Origin: an uncultured bacterium
GTDB lineage: Bacteria; Oederibacteriota; PGYV01; CAWJRG01
Assembly (NCBI GenBank): GCA_963845185.1
Contig: CAWJRG010000005.1
Location: 448,001-512,000, forward strand
Length of the DNA stretch: 64,000 nt
Reading direction: 5' to 3'
The notes beneath the pieces are model-generated. The model ran no database searches. It worked only from the letters and a program-made list of their open reading frames with translations, and had not been told where the DNA came from. Made by a program: the position numbers and the translations under genes. Below are positions 20,525-31,182 of the stretch, in pieces (position 1 is the first letter of the stretch; each line of letters opens with the position of its first letter).

Positions 20525-20880
20525 TTTGCACCATCTTTTAACTTCTCCTTGCCTTCTTCGCCCGGATATGGCCCGCCGAATAAACTCTCTCTTTTCTTTG
20601 GTGCTTTTGCAAGGTGTTGACAGGCTTTTTTTAAAAAGTCATTGTCCATAGTCATCTGCCCAAGCTTGCGTTCAAGCTCCCGGACATGTTCTTTAAGCCC
20701 CTCGACTTCATCAGGTTCATTGCCGTATTTGCCACGGGCATAATTTTGCTTCCAATTCTGGAGTAATCCCCCTGATATTCCATATTTCCGGCTTATCTGC
20801 GCCGGCGTACTTACCTTGGATAGCAATTCTTCTACTACTTGTATCCTAAATTCTTTGTCAAAAACTCTCTTTGGTTTCAT
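20521..20880 (-). CDS. IS3 transposase OrfA (HTH)
   Basis: HTH plus leucine-zipper-like ELERKLGQMTMDNDFLKKA; TTA AAA AAA G -1 frameshift motif near 20625-20633. Confidence 0.9.
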   Translation of the reverse strand: MKPKRVFDKEFRIQVVEELLSKVSTPAQISRKYGISGGLLQNWKQNYARGKYGNEPDEVEGLKEHVRELERKLGQMTMDNDFLKKACQHLAKAPKKRESLFGGPYPGEEGKEKLKDGAK

Positions 20881-21917
20881 AGATGGTCTCCTTTGCCTTA
20901 TCAGGCCAGGTCTCCGTCTATTCTAACACATGTGTCCAGTCTCTTGGGTGCAGCCCAATTGTAAATAACAACCATAAAAGCAATTATTAAAATCGAACTT
21001 AAGAACAAATAAAAAATTTCTTTACTTCTTTTGTTCAAAATATAACCACCTGCAAACATTAAAATCCAGAGAATAGAATAATTGTTAAATAAAAGTATAA
21101 AAAATTCCTTTATTTGATACTCATATAATTGTAAAGTCGCAGGGATATCGTTTACATATCCCGACCTTAATACAGTCCACCAAAAATTTTCCCATGTATT
21201 CGGCTTTAACATATAAATAAAAATACCATCTGTGCCTGCTCTTATAGGCAGATAAAAATACGGGCTTAACCCAACAAATAGTAATAACGCTGCCGTTATA
21301 ATATTTTTTTGATTTATTTTTTTTCTGCATTTAAAAAACAAATAACCGAAAACCGGTAAAAGTATTATCATGGTAGGCCAGTGATTACAAAGCGAAAGCC
21401 CGTAAATAAACGACATAAGATAGAAATATTTAATATTAAATCTTTTAAGCAGTTTCATACTTAAATATATTAATATTGCGAGGAACAAAAGATTTAATAT
21501 ATATATCCCGCCTTTTGCTTCGATTGCTTGGTTCCAAAAAATATAGGATAAAGCAAGTATAAATATACCTAAAAAATTTATTGTTTTATTTTCACAATTA
21601 AAAATATATAAAATAATTTTTCTAATAATAAAATAAGAAAATAAAAGTACCAGCATGGCAAGAAATATGGCGAATAAGTTAATCCTGAAAGCTGGTGAGC
21701 CGACAGGCAATGAAGAAAATACTTTTCCCGCCATTGTAAAAAGTGGGTAACTGGGTGAGTGGCTTATACCAAGAGTATATGCAGATGTTATTGTTTCAGG
21801 TGAGTCATCGCTTTTAAATGCCGGAACCATGGTGTAAAGATATAATTGCAATATAACAATTAAAAAAACTATCAATACTATAATTTCTTTGTATTTTTTA
21901 ATCATTTTTACTCTGCA

Positions 21918-22529
21918 TTATTGCAACTTAAATATTACCGGAATTACCATGCGGACGTTAATGGGCCTGCCGTCACTGTCAAGAGCGGGCTTGAACCTGG
22001 CGTATTTAAGTTTCTCTTCCACGACGCTGCCGAACCTCGGGTCGCTTGATTCGAGTATTTCCACTTTCCTGACAATTCCCGAGAAGTCTATGAGCACCTC
22101 TGCCTTTACGGTCCCTTCTACGCCCTCTTTCCTGGCGTCCTGCGGATAGTCGGCGTCTGTTATCATTCCCGTTATCCATTCCGGCCTGTAGGAAGCCGAT
22201 GCAACAGCCAGCCAGTCCTGCGTGTTTTGCGGGCAGGGAGGCGGGCATTCAGCCGTAGCTTCTTCCTGGGTTTTTTCAGGTATTTTCAGCGGCTGTTTTG
22301 GGACAACCCCTAAATGTCTGCCTGTCTGCAAAAACCACAATTCTTCACGCCTGTATTGCTGTGCACCCTTCAGCGCATTTGCCGGTTTCAATAACAGCGA
22401 CGAATGTTTCAAGTCAATGTCCATTGACGAAAGCAAGTTTATTTTCCGCCACTCCACATAGCCGTAAAGTATCCCGAATATCGATACATGTATGAATGCC
22501 GATAAAACAAGGCCTTTCAGAAAATTCAT
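21918..22529 (-). CDS. tonB: Energy transducer TonB
   Basis: N-terminal TM SAFIH, YPQDARKEGVEGTV, FKPA...PVIFKLQ. Confidence 0.88.
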   Translation of the reverse strand: MNFLKGLVLSAFIHVSIFGILYGYVEWRKINLLSSMDIDLKHSSLLLKPANALKGAQQYRREELWFLQTGRHLGVVPKQPLKIPEKTQEEATAECPPPCPQNTQDWLAVASASYRPEWITGMITDADYPQDARKEGVEGTVKAEVLIDFSGIVRKVEILESSDPRFGSVVEEKLKYARFKPALDSDGRPINVRMVIPVIFKLQ

Positions 22530-22927
22530 TTTCTCTCCACCGCGAGCGCTACTTTTACCACGCCTGCCAGTTTTATTGCGTCAAGAACTTCAGCTACTTT
22601 TTCATACGATACGTCCTTGTCTGCCTTTACCAGAATCTTCACTCCGGGGTCAAGCTGCGCCTCGTGCTCTATTTTTTCCCTCAGTTCCGCCAGGCTCACG
22701 TCCTTTTTTATAAGCTTTATCTCCCCGTTTTTCGCCAGCGCCACGCTTATCGCCGGGCTCGGCGCGTTTTCACGCGTGCTGACTTTGGGCAAAACCACGC
22801 TCAGCGCCTGCTCGCTCATAAATGTGGCCGTTACCAGAAAAATAATAAGCAGAACCATCATTATATCCACAAGAGGGGTTACGTTAATGCCGGTTACAAG
22901 CATCTGGTCTTCGTCGTTTGTATTCAT
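22526..22927 (-). CDS. exbD: Biopolymer transport protein ExbD/TolR
   Basis: INVTPLVDIMMVLLIIF, ADKDVSY. Confidence 0.92.
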   Translation of the reverse strand: MNTNDEDQMLVTGINVTPLVDIMMVLLIIFLVTATFMSEQALSVVLPKVSTRENAPSPAISVALAKNGEIKLIKKDVSLAELREKIEHEAQLDPGVKILVKADKDVSYEKVAEVLDAIKLAGVVKVALAVERK

Positions 22928-23553
22928 TTTGCCCTCCTTGTTTCCTTGAGGTACGCGAGCAAAATATGCGACAGGCTTTCGCTGTTTTGCTGTATCTGCT
23001 TCAGCCTTGACACAAAATAATTATTCGCAATTACAGCCGGTATTGCCACCAGGATACCGAAGGCAGTGGCGATGAGTGCGGTAGAAATGCCTGCCATGAC
23101 CACGGTAACTCCGGACTGGCCAGTTACAGCAAGGTCGTTAAACGCCTTTATTATGCCGAGCACCGTGCCGAAAAGCCCCACAAAAGGCGCGTTATTTCCC
23201 ATGGTGGCAAGTATGATGAGGTTTTTTTCAAGTTTCATCTTTTCCCTGAGCCAGCGCGAGGTCATGACTTCCTCCACTGCAGCAGAGCCCTTTGGTATGC
23301 TGACGAGTCCCTCAAGCGCGACTTTTGCCTCCACGCGAGAAGATAAAGTAGCGAGTTTTATCGCGGACTTTATGTTCCGCCTGTTTAAACACTGGGCAAG
23401 GTTGTCCATAAAAGCCGCAATGTCGCCTTTGCCTTTTGAAAAAACTATGTACCTTTCGACCATGACTGCCACGCTTGCAACGCTGGCAGCCAGAAGCAGA
23501 TAAAGTACCCATACGTCTCCTGATAGTGCAAGGGTTTTGAATATCTCGTTCAT
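22924..23553 (-). CDS. exbB: ExbB/TolQ/MotA proton channel
   Basis: APFVGLFGTVLGII, GISTALIATAFGILVAIPA. Confidence 0.92.
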   Translation of the reverse strand: MNEIFKTLALSGDVWVLYLLLAASVASVAVMVERYIVFSKGKGDIAAFMDNLAQCLNRRNIKSAIKLATLSSRVEAKVALEGLVSIPKGSAAVEEVMTSRWLREKMKLEKNLIILATMGNNAPFVGLFGTVLGIIKAFNDLAVTGQSGVTVVMAGISTALIATAFGILVAIPAVIANNYFVSRLKQIQQNSESLSHILLAYLKETRRAK

Positions 23554-23581
23554 GTAAGCCTCCTTTTCAGGTTTTAAAGAT

Positions 23582-23605
23582 AAAATGAGGCTTTTGCCTC
23601 ATTTT
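23582..23605 (-). terminator. Hairpin in the exbB leader (terminator/attenuator-like)
   Basis: AAAATGAGGC-AAAA-GCCTCATTTT on the minus strand. Confidence 0.5.
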
Positions 23606-23634
23606 TGAGTATAAACTTTGACTTCCGGCTTCCT

Positions 23635-23663
23635 ATATTACGGCAACAACCTTTTGCTGTCAA
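23635..23663 (-). promoter_or_regulatory. Sigma70-like promoter for the exbB operon
   Basis: TTGACA-N17-TAATAT. Confidence 0.6.
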
Positions 23664-23812
23664 GATTTACCATATAATCCTATTTAGACGTGTGCCGTTT
23701 ATCATATGTTTCCTTATGTTAACAACAAGCCTGGGGTTTTCTTTAGAAAATAAGCCTAGAATTAATCTTGCTCAAATCCGATAGGTTGATTTTTCAGGTC
23801 AAATCTCAGGTT

Positions 23813-24841
23813 TTAACGATTATAATTGCTTTTAGGTGAATTTTTCTCAGTAAATCTAATTATTTCACTCATCATTTCAACGCAGGCGTCCGGATACAGG
23901 CCTGCAGCGGTTTCAGCAGAAAGCATGACATAATTTGTGCCGTCGAGTATGGCGTTTGCCACGTCAGACACCTCTGCCCTTGTGGGCATGTGGTTCTCAA
24001 CCATGCTTTCCAGCATCTGCGTGGCTGTAATGACAAATTTTTTCGCCCTGTTGCATTTTTTTATTATTTTTTTCTGCATAATCGGCACTTCGTAAACAGG
24101 CAGGGATACGCCCATGTCTCCCCTCGCTACCATTATCCCGTCGCACACGCCGATTATTGAGTCAATATTTCTAATCCCGTCACGGTTTTCAATTTTGGCA
24201 ATAAGCTTTGCTTTATGCTTTCCGAGGTATTCTCTTATTTCAATTATATCGTCTTTGCTCCTCACAAACGACTGTGCGATACAATCAAGGTTGTTTTCCA
24301 CGCAAAAATCAATATCTTTTTTATCCTTTGAATTCAATCCATGTAAATCCAGTGTAAGGTCGGGTATGATAATGCCTTTTCTTTCCTTTATCATGCCCGG
24401 GATAAGCATTTTTGCCTTAACCATGTTCTTTTCAACACCCTCAACCATAAGCCCGATATTGCCGTCGTCAATGTAAATATGCATGCCTTTTTTAATCCTG
24501 TTGATTGGGCCCGTATAATCAAATGGGATTAGGTTGCCGCTTCCCTTGATATTTCCCTGTGTAAGCCACACAACCCCGCCTTTGTTAACCTTTATAGGCT
24601 CGCCGTTTTTTAGCCTGCCTATCCTTATCCTGTAACCCTCGAGGTCGCCGAGTATCTTTACATTGCTGCCGTATTTTTTGTTTATTTCTCTTATCTGCTT
24701 TATTCGGCCAAGATGCTCATCAAGGCTGCCATGCGAAAAATTCAGTCTTATTATGCCCATTCCTGCCCGCACCATTTTTAAAAGCATGCCCGGCTTATCC
24801 GACGCCGGGCCTATTGTGCAGATTATTTTTGTTTTCGGCAT
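23813..24841 (-). CDS. pyk: Pyruvate kinase (short form lacking the C-terminal domain)
   Basis: [58 protein letters not shown]. Confidence 0.93.
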   Translation of the reverse strand: MPKTKIICTIGPASDKPGMLLKMVRAGMGIIRLNFSHGSLDEHLGRIKQIREINKKYGSNVKILGDLEGYRIRIGRLKNGEPIKVNKGGVVWLTQGNIKGSGNLIPFDYTGPINRIKKGMHIYIDDGNIGLMVEGVEKNMVKAKMLIPGMIKERKGIIIPDLTLDLHGLNSKDKKDIDFCVENNLDCIAQSFVRSKDDIIEIREYLGKHKAKLIAKIENRDGIRNIDSIIGVCDGIMVARGDMGVSLPVYEVPIMQKKIIKKCNRAKKFVITATQMLESMVENHMPTRAEVSDVANAILDGTNYVMLSAETAAGLYPDACVEMMSEIIRFTEKNSPKSNYNR

Positions 24842-24893
24842 TGAAAAACTCCTTTTATGCGGGAATTTAATTATTAGAATCTAGTATAGTGAA

Positions 24894-26645
24894 TTATTTT
24901 AGCACTTTGCTGCCATTTGCTTGATATTCCCAATCAAACGATACTGATGCCTTAGAACTCAATCCTTCCCCTTCCAGGCATTTTATTTTGTTAATCTTAA
25001 TTATTCCAAAACAATTTTCAGTGCTTTTAAAAGCATATAAATGACCTTCTATAATAGGCATCATATTCCTATTTTCCGGCACATCAGGTATTTTGTTTAT
25101 ATCCTTGATATTGTTAATGCCCATGTCCAAAAAATACCCATTAATACTCACATTGCATTGCGATTTATTGATTTCAGTATCCTTGTGAATCCAGGCGTCA
25201 AAATACAAATCCGACCTGAAATTATGCTGAGAATTGACTTCACCTCTGGAAAAATCAAAGCCCACGGAATTTTTATTATTGCCGGTTACTATACTGACAT
25301 TTTTGCCGTTTGTAATTTCAGAAGGTTCTTTAACATCATCAAAAGAATACAACATTTTATCTTCATATTCCTGTATCATCATAACATTATTTTTTTCAAT
25401 TTCAGATAAATCACCTTTAACAATTTCTTTCGGCCTAAAATCTTTATGCGTAGATAATAAATTATTTCCAGGATTAAAAACTTTTTTGTAAAATTCATTT
25501 AAAATGTTGTCTTCAAAAACTTTGCCGTGCCTGGCATAATAATAATTACGCAGCAGCCTGAAAAATATGCGCTGTTCCCACGGATCCAATTTACGTGCCC
25601 CTTCTCCCATGCACCAATTAAGTAACAACAGAAAATGCGCCGCTTCTTTATAATCCATGATTTTCTCATTGAGCATTTGTTTTACCGGTACAAAATCACA
25701 CAAACTTAAAAAATATTGAGTATTCCAATAAATCTCGGCGTTTATGGGACCATTCCTGTCTATTTCAAGTCCTTCGCCGCCGCCAAACGAATACGTAAAT
25801 TCAATATCATCCATTTCTTTTACATAATATTCATGCCATTCAATCGTGTTTTCTTTTGAATTAAAAAAGTATTTTTGAGGCGAAATATTAAATATACGGA
25901 TTTTGTCAAGTTTATCAACAGGTTCTTTTAACCATCGCTGATCAAATGTTTTTTCCAGCCCTGTAAGATGAATATAAAAATGCGCCTCGTATATTTTATC
26001 CTCCCAGAACTTCGCGGTATTCCTGATATATCTTATAGTACGGCTGACTCCTTCTTTGTTCATACTTAAATCCGAAGGGGTCTTGTAAGTGCAGACAACT
26101 TCCACAGTTTGTTGCGCTTCAATCGATTGTTGCCATAGAAAAACAACGTCATAAAGAGGTGTTTCATTATCTTGGTTTTCTTTTTTTATTTCAATCTTGT
26201 GTATTGTTTTTTTCAGAGGATAATTGTTACTTATAATTTTCTGTATTTTCTCCTGTTCTCTTTTTAATGCGTTTGTTTCATCAATATCGTTTATTCTTTT
26301 ATTTACAGTTACATTTTCTCCGTTACTCTTAACTTCAAAATCAATCTCGTTTATTATTTTTTCAAAATTCCTTTTTGACTCTTCGTATGTCCCGCTCTGA
26401 TCCATAGTCATATTAAAAGGAAATCCCATCTGAAAAATAATATCTTTTTTACCCAAATTTTTTAAATAAAATCTGCATACTGTTTTATCGTAATATATGT
26501 GCACTATTTCCTTAATAAGTTGTACCCCTTTAATATCATATGGTACTACTGTTATTCCATAAGCTCCCGGTGCAAAAGACGCACCATTTGCAAGAACAAA
26601 ATTGTAAAAAATCAAAGAAACAATTAAAAAAATGCTTTTTTTCAT
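24894..26645 (-). CDS. Secreted DUF4424-like / YARHG-domain protein
   Basis: Signal peptide, ANG...F.L.N...MGFP N-domain, RLLRNYYYARHGKVF and LSEIEKNN YARHG motifs; AT-rich. Confidence 0.75.
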   Translation of the reverse strand: MKKSIFLIVSLIFYNFVLANGASFAPGAYGITVVPYDIKGVQLIKEIVHIYYDKTVCRFYLKNLGKKDIIFQMGFPFNMTMDQSGTYEESKRNFEKIINEIDFEVKSNGENVTVNKRINDIDETNALKREQEKIQKIISNNYPLKKTIHKIEIKKENQDNETPLYDVVFLWQQSIEAQQTVEVVCTYKTPSDLSMNKEGVSRTIRYIRNTAKFWEDKIYEAHFYIHLTGLEKTFDQRWLKEPVDKLDKIRIFNISPQKYFFNSKENTIEWHEYYVKEMDDIEFTYSFGGGEGLEIDRNGPINAEIYWNTQYFLSLCDFVPVKQMLNEKIMDYKEAAHFLLLLNWCMGEGARKLDPWEQRIFFRLLRNYYYARHGKVFEDNILNEFYKKVFNPGNNLLSTHKDFRPKEIVKGDLSEIEKNNVMMIQEYEDKMLYSFDDVKEPSEITNGKNVSIVTGNNKNSVGFDFSRGEVNSQHNFRSDLYFDAWIHKDTEINKSQCNVSINGYFLDMGINNIKDINKIPDVPENRNMMPIIEGHLYAFKSTENCFGIIKINKIKCLEGEGLSSKASVSFDWEYQANGSKVLK

Positions 26646-26675
26646 AACTAGTCCCCTTTGTTTTTTGTAATCCTG

Positions 26676-27479
26676 CTATTTCCCTGCCGACCCCGGCTGC
26701 CAGCCGTTGCTGCCGTAAAAATCGCCGGTCATCGATTGTATTGACTGATAAATTGCCTTTCCGCGCAAATCGGCAAACATGCTGCTTTTCGGGTATATCA
26801 GTCCTCCGCCGCTGTTCTCATCCATAACAAGCGGTTCTTCGTCGTTCTTGTTCGTTACCCTGTTTTTCACCAGGTTTGCCAGGTCAACAAACTGACCTAT
26901 CTGGTCAAATACAGCCACGTTGTTTGGTATAGGAAGAGGGTTCCATTTATTATCCCATGACCATCCGTTCCCTTTATTGGTCCATAAAATAGTCCCGTTC
27001 TGCGCGTCCATGATTTTTGCCTTGCTGTTTACAACTACCTTGCGCTTGGTGTAAAACCCCCATCCCTGGTCCGTGTGTTTTGGCGTATCATCTTTTAAGA
27101 ATTCGTTATATGCCTCTGCAGAGCCTATAAGCAACAAATCGCATTTAAAATGCGCCGCCACCCTTTGCCGCAGGTTCATATCGGTCGCCACGTCAGAAGC
27201 TTTTGCCTTGACTGCCTTCAGGTAAGCTGCAACCTGCCCGGGGTCTATTACGGACGCTGCGTTCACATTTACGATTTCACTTGTCATTTCCTCCTGCAGG
27301 GCTTTTGCGAGCGCCGGGTCCTGGGTGTTGTTGTCAAAAGGAATTACTGCCACCCTGTTATAAATATAAAGGTTAAAAGCCGGAGGTACAGGCACAGGCG
27401 GCGCTGAAGCGCACCCCGCGATAATAAATGCAATTGTCAATAATGAAAATTTAAGGAATAAAGAAAATATCCTGCGCAT
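26676..27479 (-). CDS. Lipoprotein with CsgG/TolB-N-like fold
   Basis: Lipobox IAGC, RVAVIPFDNNT, IMDAQNGTILW. Confidence 0.65.
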   Translation of the reverse strand: MRRIFSLFLKFSLLTIAFIIAGCASAPPVPVPPAFNLYIYNRVAVIPFDNNTQDPALAKALQEEMTSEIVNVNAASVIDPGQVAAYLKAVKAKASDVATDMNLRQRVAAHFKCDLLLIGSAEAYNEFLKDDTPKHTDQGWGFYTKRKVVVNSKAKIMDAQNGTILWTNKGNGWSWDNKWNPLPIPNNVAVFDQIGQFVDLANLVKNRVTNKNDEEPLVMDENSGGGLIYPKSSMFADLRGKAIYQSIQSMTGDFYGSNGWQPGSAGK

Positions 27480-27584
27480 TTAAAGCTCCTTTCCTTGCCT
27501 TGGCAGGCAAATAAAGATTCAGTCCTAATAATTCCATGTTATTATATATAAAAAAGGTGCCAATTGTAAAATCAAAACCTGTTT

Positions 27585-29567
27585 TTAATTGGTCTTTTTA
27601 AACTCCAGCACGGTTATGGAATACGGCTGGAATGAATAATTGAATTTGGCCGATACGTCCTTGACAGTGTTTTCCGTCGGCGGGTTGTCAGGGTCTGCGT
27701 GGTACGGAGCAGAGTCTGTCTCCCACTTGTAATTTGTCTTGTCAAAGCTCCATGCTTTTGCCTCAGCCGCGGGCTTAAAGCCCTTGATTTTTATTGCGGC
27801 ATTGTATGCATTCTCAGGGTCTTTGTTTACGACCAGCAAAGAAAGCGAGCCGTCAGGCCTCAAGTCCGAGTAAGAAGCAAGCATTGTATTTCCGCTTTTC
27901 GCGTCCACCATTTTATGCTCCTTATCGTCGCCCGACGCAGACCAGTAATTGGTCAGCATCTTCATTGCCCAGTAATGGGCCCGTTCCTGGTACTGGAAAG
28001 ATCCTCCTTCTGATTGCAAATAGCCGGCATCGCCGCCGTTCGGGTTGCTTATTGCGCTGCCGCCGTTTAATACGTCCCACATGGTCATATAGCCCCGGCT
28101 CCCAAACTGGTGTATAAACTCACAGGCATACTGCGCGAGCCATAATCCGTTTTCAAGGTGCACAGTGATGTCGTGCGGCAGCACATGGTCTGACGTGTTG
28201 TACTCTGTTATCCATATAGGGATATCTTTAAGTTTGGGGTATTTTTCCAGCGCTTTTTTTACCTGCCCCGCCATGTCTTCCATCCCCTTTGCAGGCGACG
28301 CGAGCAAATCTTCCACCTTTTGTCCCCAGTTGGGGTATTGGTGTGTGACCAGGCCTTCGGCGTAATTCTCTTTTTTCTCCTTTGCCAGCCGCCCCAATAA
28401 GGCACTTATAGCTGATACCCCGTCATACATACCAGACTTCCCGTCTGCCTGGCCCTGCGCTATTATAGTAATTGAAGGGTCCTCAGCCTTCATTGCTTCG
28501 TAAAATTTGATGTATCTCCTCGCGTAATCATACATGTTTAAAGGACCGCCCACCTCCCACTGCCCGCCGCTCTCATTGCCTATTTCCCAGTACTTAATGC
28601 CGTAGCCTTTTATCTTATTCGCGTATTTTACCCACGCAGCTGCGAGCTGCGGCGTGCCGCTTCCCATGTTTACTATTATCAGCGGCATGGCCTTGACCAG
28701 CCCAAATGAGCTGATAAAGTCCATGTACTTTTCAAACCCGAAAATCCAGGAAGCGCCGCTGCCCAGCTTCGCCGCTGTATCGCACGACGAAGCGACAACC
28801 GAGTTTTGGTCCTTTGGAAGTATCTCCTGGCCCTTTTCAAATATTTTCAGCTTGGAAATTGAATATGCGCCATTTTTCCCGTCAGAGCTTTCTGTCATGA
28901 GTATTCTTATGTACTGCGTATTAACGGTTTTGAATGAAACTTCCTGTGTGCCTCCGGTCCCTGTGACGCCGGCCGCCGACGTGGGAATCCATGAGTCTTT
29001 ATCCGCATCATAAGGCATCCACTGCCTGCTGTCGGCCGGGTCCCAGTACTGCACTGTAAATTTTTTCGCGTAAGGCCATGCTTTATTAGCCGCGTCTCCC
29101 CACACGATAACCACCCTGTCCGGTTTCTTTTTTCCCTGCAGGTCCATATATACCCACTGGTGCGCCGGGAAATCCGTATCGACGTTTGACCTCCATGCTG
29201 TTGAATTGTCCGGGTCAATCATTTTCTGCGCATTATACACCAGGTCGCCCGTGGTGCTGTTCGCATATTCTGTCATGCTTGGTACCCAGTTGCCGTTTTT
29301 GTCGTAATCGCCGCTGCTGTTCCAGAAAAAACCGTCGCCCCACGACCCGCCCGGGTATCGCAGCAGATAGTTGCCGGCTGCCTGTATTTTATCCTTAGCC
29401 GCTACAGGGCTTGCCCAGCCGTTTGTATTATTACCGAAAATATTGATTGGCTTGAAAGTGTTGATTGTGACGCCTGCGTTTATGTCAAGTGTCGTGTCAA
29501 CAATTGCGGAAAAAATAAAAACAGGAACAAATAAAAGCATAAATAGAAAAATCGTTTTCTTCGTCAT
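27585..29567 (-). CDS. Secreted clan GH-A glycoside hydrolase with inserted discoidin/CBM32-like domain
   Basis: LRYPGGS, YWEIGNE (acid/base), WITEYN (nucleophile); insert W..S...QWVYMDL...QYIRI. Confidence 0.75.
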   Translation of the reverse strand: MTKKTIFLFMLLFVPVFIFSAIVDTTLDINAGVTINTFKPINIFGNNTNGWASPVAAKDKIQAAGNYLLRYPGGSWGDGFFWNSSGDYDKNGNWVPSMTEYANSTTGDLVYNAQKMIDPDNSTAWRSNVDTDFPAHQWVYMDLQGKKKPDRVVIVWGDAANKAWPYAKKFTVQYWDPADSRQWMPYDADKDSWIPTSAAGVTGTGGTQEVSFKTVNTQYIRILMTESSDGKNGAYSISKLKIFEKGQEILPKDQNSVVASSCDTAAKLGSGASWIFGFEKYMDFISSFGLVKAMPLIIVNMGSGTPQLAAAWVKYANKIKGYGIKYWEIGNESGGQWEVGGPLNMYDYARRYIKFYEAMKAEDPSITIIAQGQADGKSGMYDGVSAISALLGRLAKEKKENYAEGLVTHQYPNWGQKVEDLLASPAKGMEDMAGQVKKALEKYPKLKDIPIWITEYNTSDHVLPHDITVHLENGLWLAQYACEFIHQFGSRGYMTMWDVLNGGSAISNPNGGDAGYLQSEGGSFQYQERAHYWAMKMLTNYWSASGDDKEHKMVDAKSGNTMLASYSDLRPDGSLSLLVVNKDPENAYNAAIKIKGFKPAAEAKAWSFDKTNYKWETDSAPYHADPDNPPTENTVKDVSAKFNYSFQPYSITVLEFKKTN

Positions 29568-29629
29568 GTTTTTCACCTCAGATTTAATATTTTTCCCTAA
29601 CCACTTACCACATACCCCTTACTACTTTT

Positions 29630-30388
29630 CTATATCCTTACCGGTATCCCGTGTTTTTTCAGGTATTCCTTGACTTTCCTGACTGTATATTGTTTGTAGT
29701 GGAATATTGACGCGGCTAAAACCGCATCTGCTTTGCCTTTTTTCAAAACGTCAACCATGTGGCCGGGCGAACCTGCGCCGCCCGAAGCTATGACCGGAAT
29801 CCTGACGGCTTCCGATACCCTGCGGGTCAGGGCTATGTCATACCCTTCTTTTGTGCCGTCAGCGTCCATGCTTGTAAGCAGTATTTCGCCTGCCCCGAGC
29901 GCTTCAGCTTTTTTCACCCATTCAATCGCGTCCATATGGGTATTATACCTGCCGCCATGGGTAAAAACTTCCCATTTATCCCTGCTTTTCTTTTTCGCGT
30001 CTACTGCCAGCACTATGCTCTGGCTTCCGAACTTCTTCGCGCCCTCCCTGATTATTCCCGGTTTTTCTACCGCCGCGGTGTTTATTGATATTTTTTCAGC
30101 GCCGTTTTTTAAAATTAGTTCCATGTCTGCGGTTGTGCTGATGCCGCCGCCGACTGTCAGCGGGATAAAAACTTTCTCAGCCGTCCTGCGCACAACATCA
30201 ACAATTGTTTTTCTTTTTTCATAAGACGCGGTTATATCAAGGAAAACAAGCTCGTCCGCTAATGCTTTGTTGTAAAATATAGCGGCTTCCACCGGGTCCC
30301 CGGCATCCTTCAGGTTCAGGAATTTTACCCCCTTTACAACCCTCCCTTTGTTTACGTCAAGGCACGGTATTATTCTTTTTGTAAGCAT
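29630..30388 (-). CDS. hisF: Imidazole glycerol phosphate synthase cyclase subunit
   Basis: [35 protein letters not shown]. Confidence 0.97.
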   Translation of the reverse strand: MLTKRIIPCLDVNKGRVVKGVKFLNLKDAGDPVEAAIFYNKALADELVFLDITASYEKRKTIVDVVRRTAEKVFIPLTVGGGISTTADMELILKNGAEKISINTAAVEKPGIIREGAKKFGSQSIVLAVDAKKKSRDKWEVFTHGGRYNTHMDAIEWVKKAEALGAGEILLTSMDADGTKEGYDIALTRRVSEAVRIPVIASGGAGSPGHMVDVLKKGKADAVLAASIFHYKQYTVRKVKEYLKKHGIPVRI

Positions 30389-30390
30389 GT

Positions 30391-31125
30391 TTACATGTCC
30401 TTTGCGAGCTTCACGGCTTCCTTTAAATCTATCGTGCCGGTATAAAGGGCCTTGCCTATTATGACTCCCTCGAGGTTGTCGTATTTTTTTTCAAGTTCCA
30501 AAAGCCTTTCTATATTTTTCAGCCGGGTGATGCCGCCGGAAACTATCACATTCATTTTTGTGCTTCTTAATATCTGGATTATACTCTTGAAATTCGGGCC
30601 TTTTAACACACCGTCCCTTTTTATGTCGGTATAAATTATCCTCTTTGCGCCCTTTTCCTCGAGTTGTCTGATAAAATCAAGGGTTTTTATTTCTGTAAGG
30701 TCCTTCCACCCTTTTATCGCGATATAGCCGTCTTTGGCATCCACGCCTATGACTATTTTTTCCCTGTATTCAGACAGCATATCCTGCAGGAACTTTTCCG
30801 AAGTTATCACGGAAGTCGAAAGAATTACACGCTTCGCCCCGGCATTGAGGTATCGCCTTGCATCTTCTTCAGAGCGCAGCCCTCCTCCCACCTCGATATT
30901 TATTTTCAGCGACCTGATAATTTTCATTATTATCGGCAGGTTCCTTGGCCTGCCCGTCATGGCGCCGTCAATGTCAACCACGTGTATTATTTTTGCGCCT
31001 TTTATCTGCCAGAGCTTTGCTATTTCAACAGGCTCGTTTGAATATATTGTTTCGTCTCTCACATCCCCCTGTATAAGCCTGACGCATTTTCCTCTTCTTA
31101 TGTCTATTGCCGGTATTACCTGCAT
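30391..31125 (-). CDS. hisA: ProFAR isomerase
   Basis: [33 protein letters not shown]. Confidence 0.96.
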   Translation of the reverse strand: MQVIPAIDIRRGKCVRLIQGDVRDETIYSNEPVEIAKLWQIKGAKIIHVVDIDGAMTGRPRNLPIIMKIIRSLKINIEVGGGLRSEEDARRYLNAGAKRVILSTSVITSEKFLQDMLSEYREKIVIGVDAKDGYIAIKGWKDLTEIKTLDFIRQLEEKGAKRIIYTDIKRDGVLKGPNFKSIIQILRSTKMNVIVSGGITRLKNIERLLELEKKYDNLEGVIIGKALYTGTIDLKEAVKLAKDM

Positions 31126-31152
31126 GAATTACTCGCTCCCTCTGCGTTATCT

Positions 31153-31181
31153 GTAGAGACGACCCGGCGGGTCGTCTCTAC
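31153..31181. repeat. GTAG-type REP-like palindrome
   Basis: GTAGAGACGACCC-GGC-GGGTCGTCTCTAC, identical to 57859-57887. Confidence 0.8.
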
Positions 31182-31182
31182 C

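Larger units (their letters stand above)
19684..20957 (-). mobile_element. IS3-family insertion sequence, 1274 bp
   Basis: Imperfect IRs TGGGCTGCACCC..TGGACAC / TGGAATGAACCC..TGGACAC; ATT duplicated at 19681-19683 and 20958-20960. Confidence 0.9.
18250..21905 (-). pseudogene. DUF2723/TMEM260-like membrane glycosyltransferase with C-terminal TPRs, interrupted by IS3
   Basis: N-part DDSPE...LGISHSPSYPLF, QAIEAKGGIY, NH; removing the IS and one ATT rejoins VIYN-RSLENEMW in frame (about 792 aa); C-part EGDYD and TPR repeats. Confidence 0.88.
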
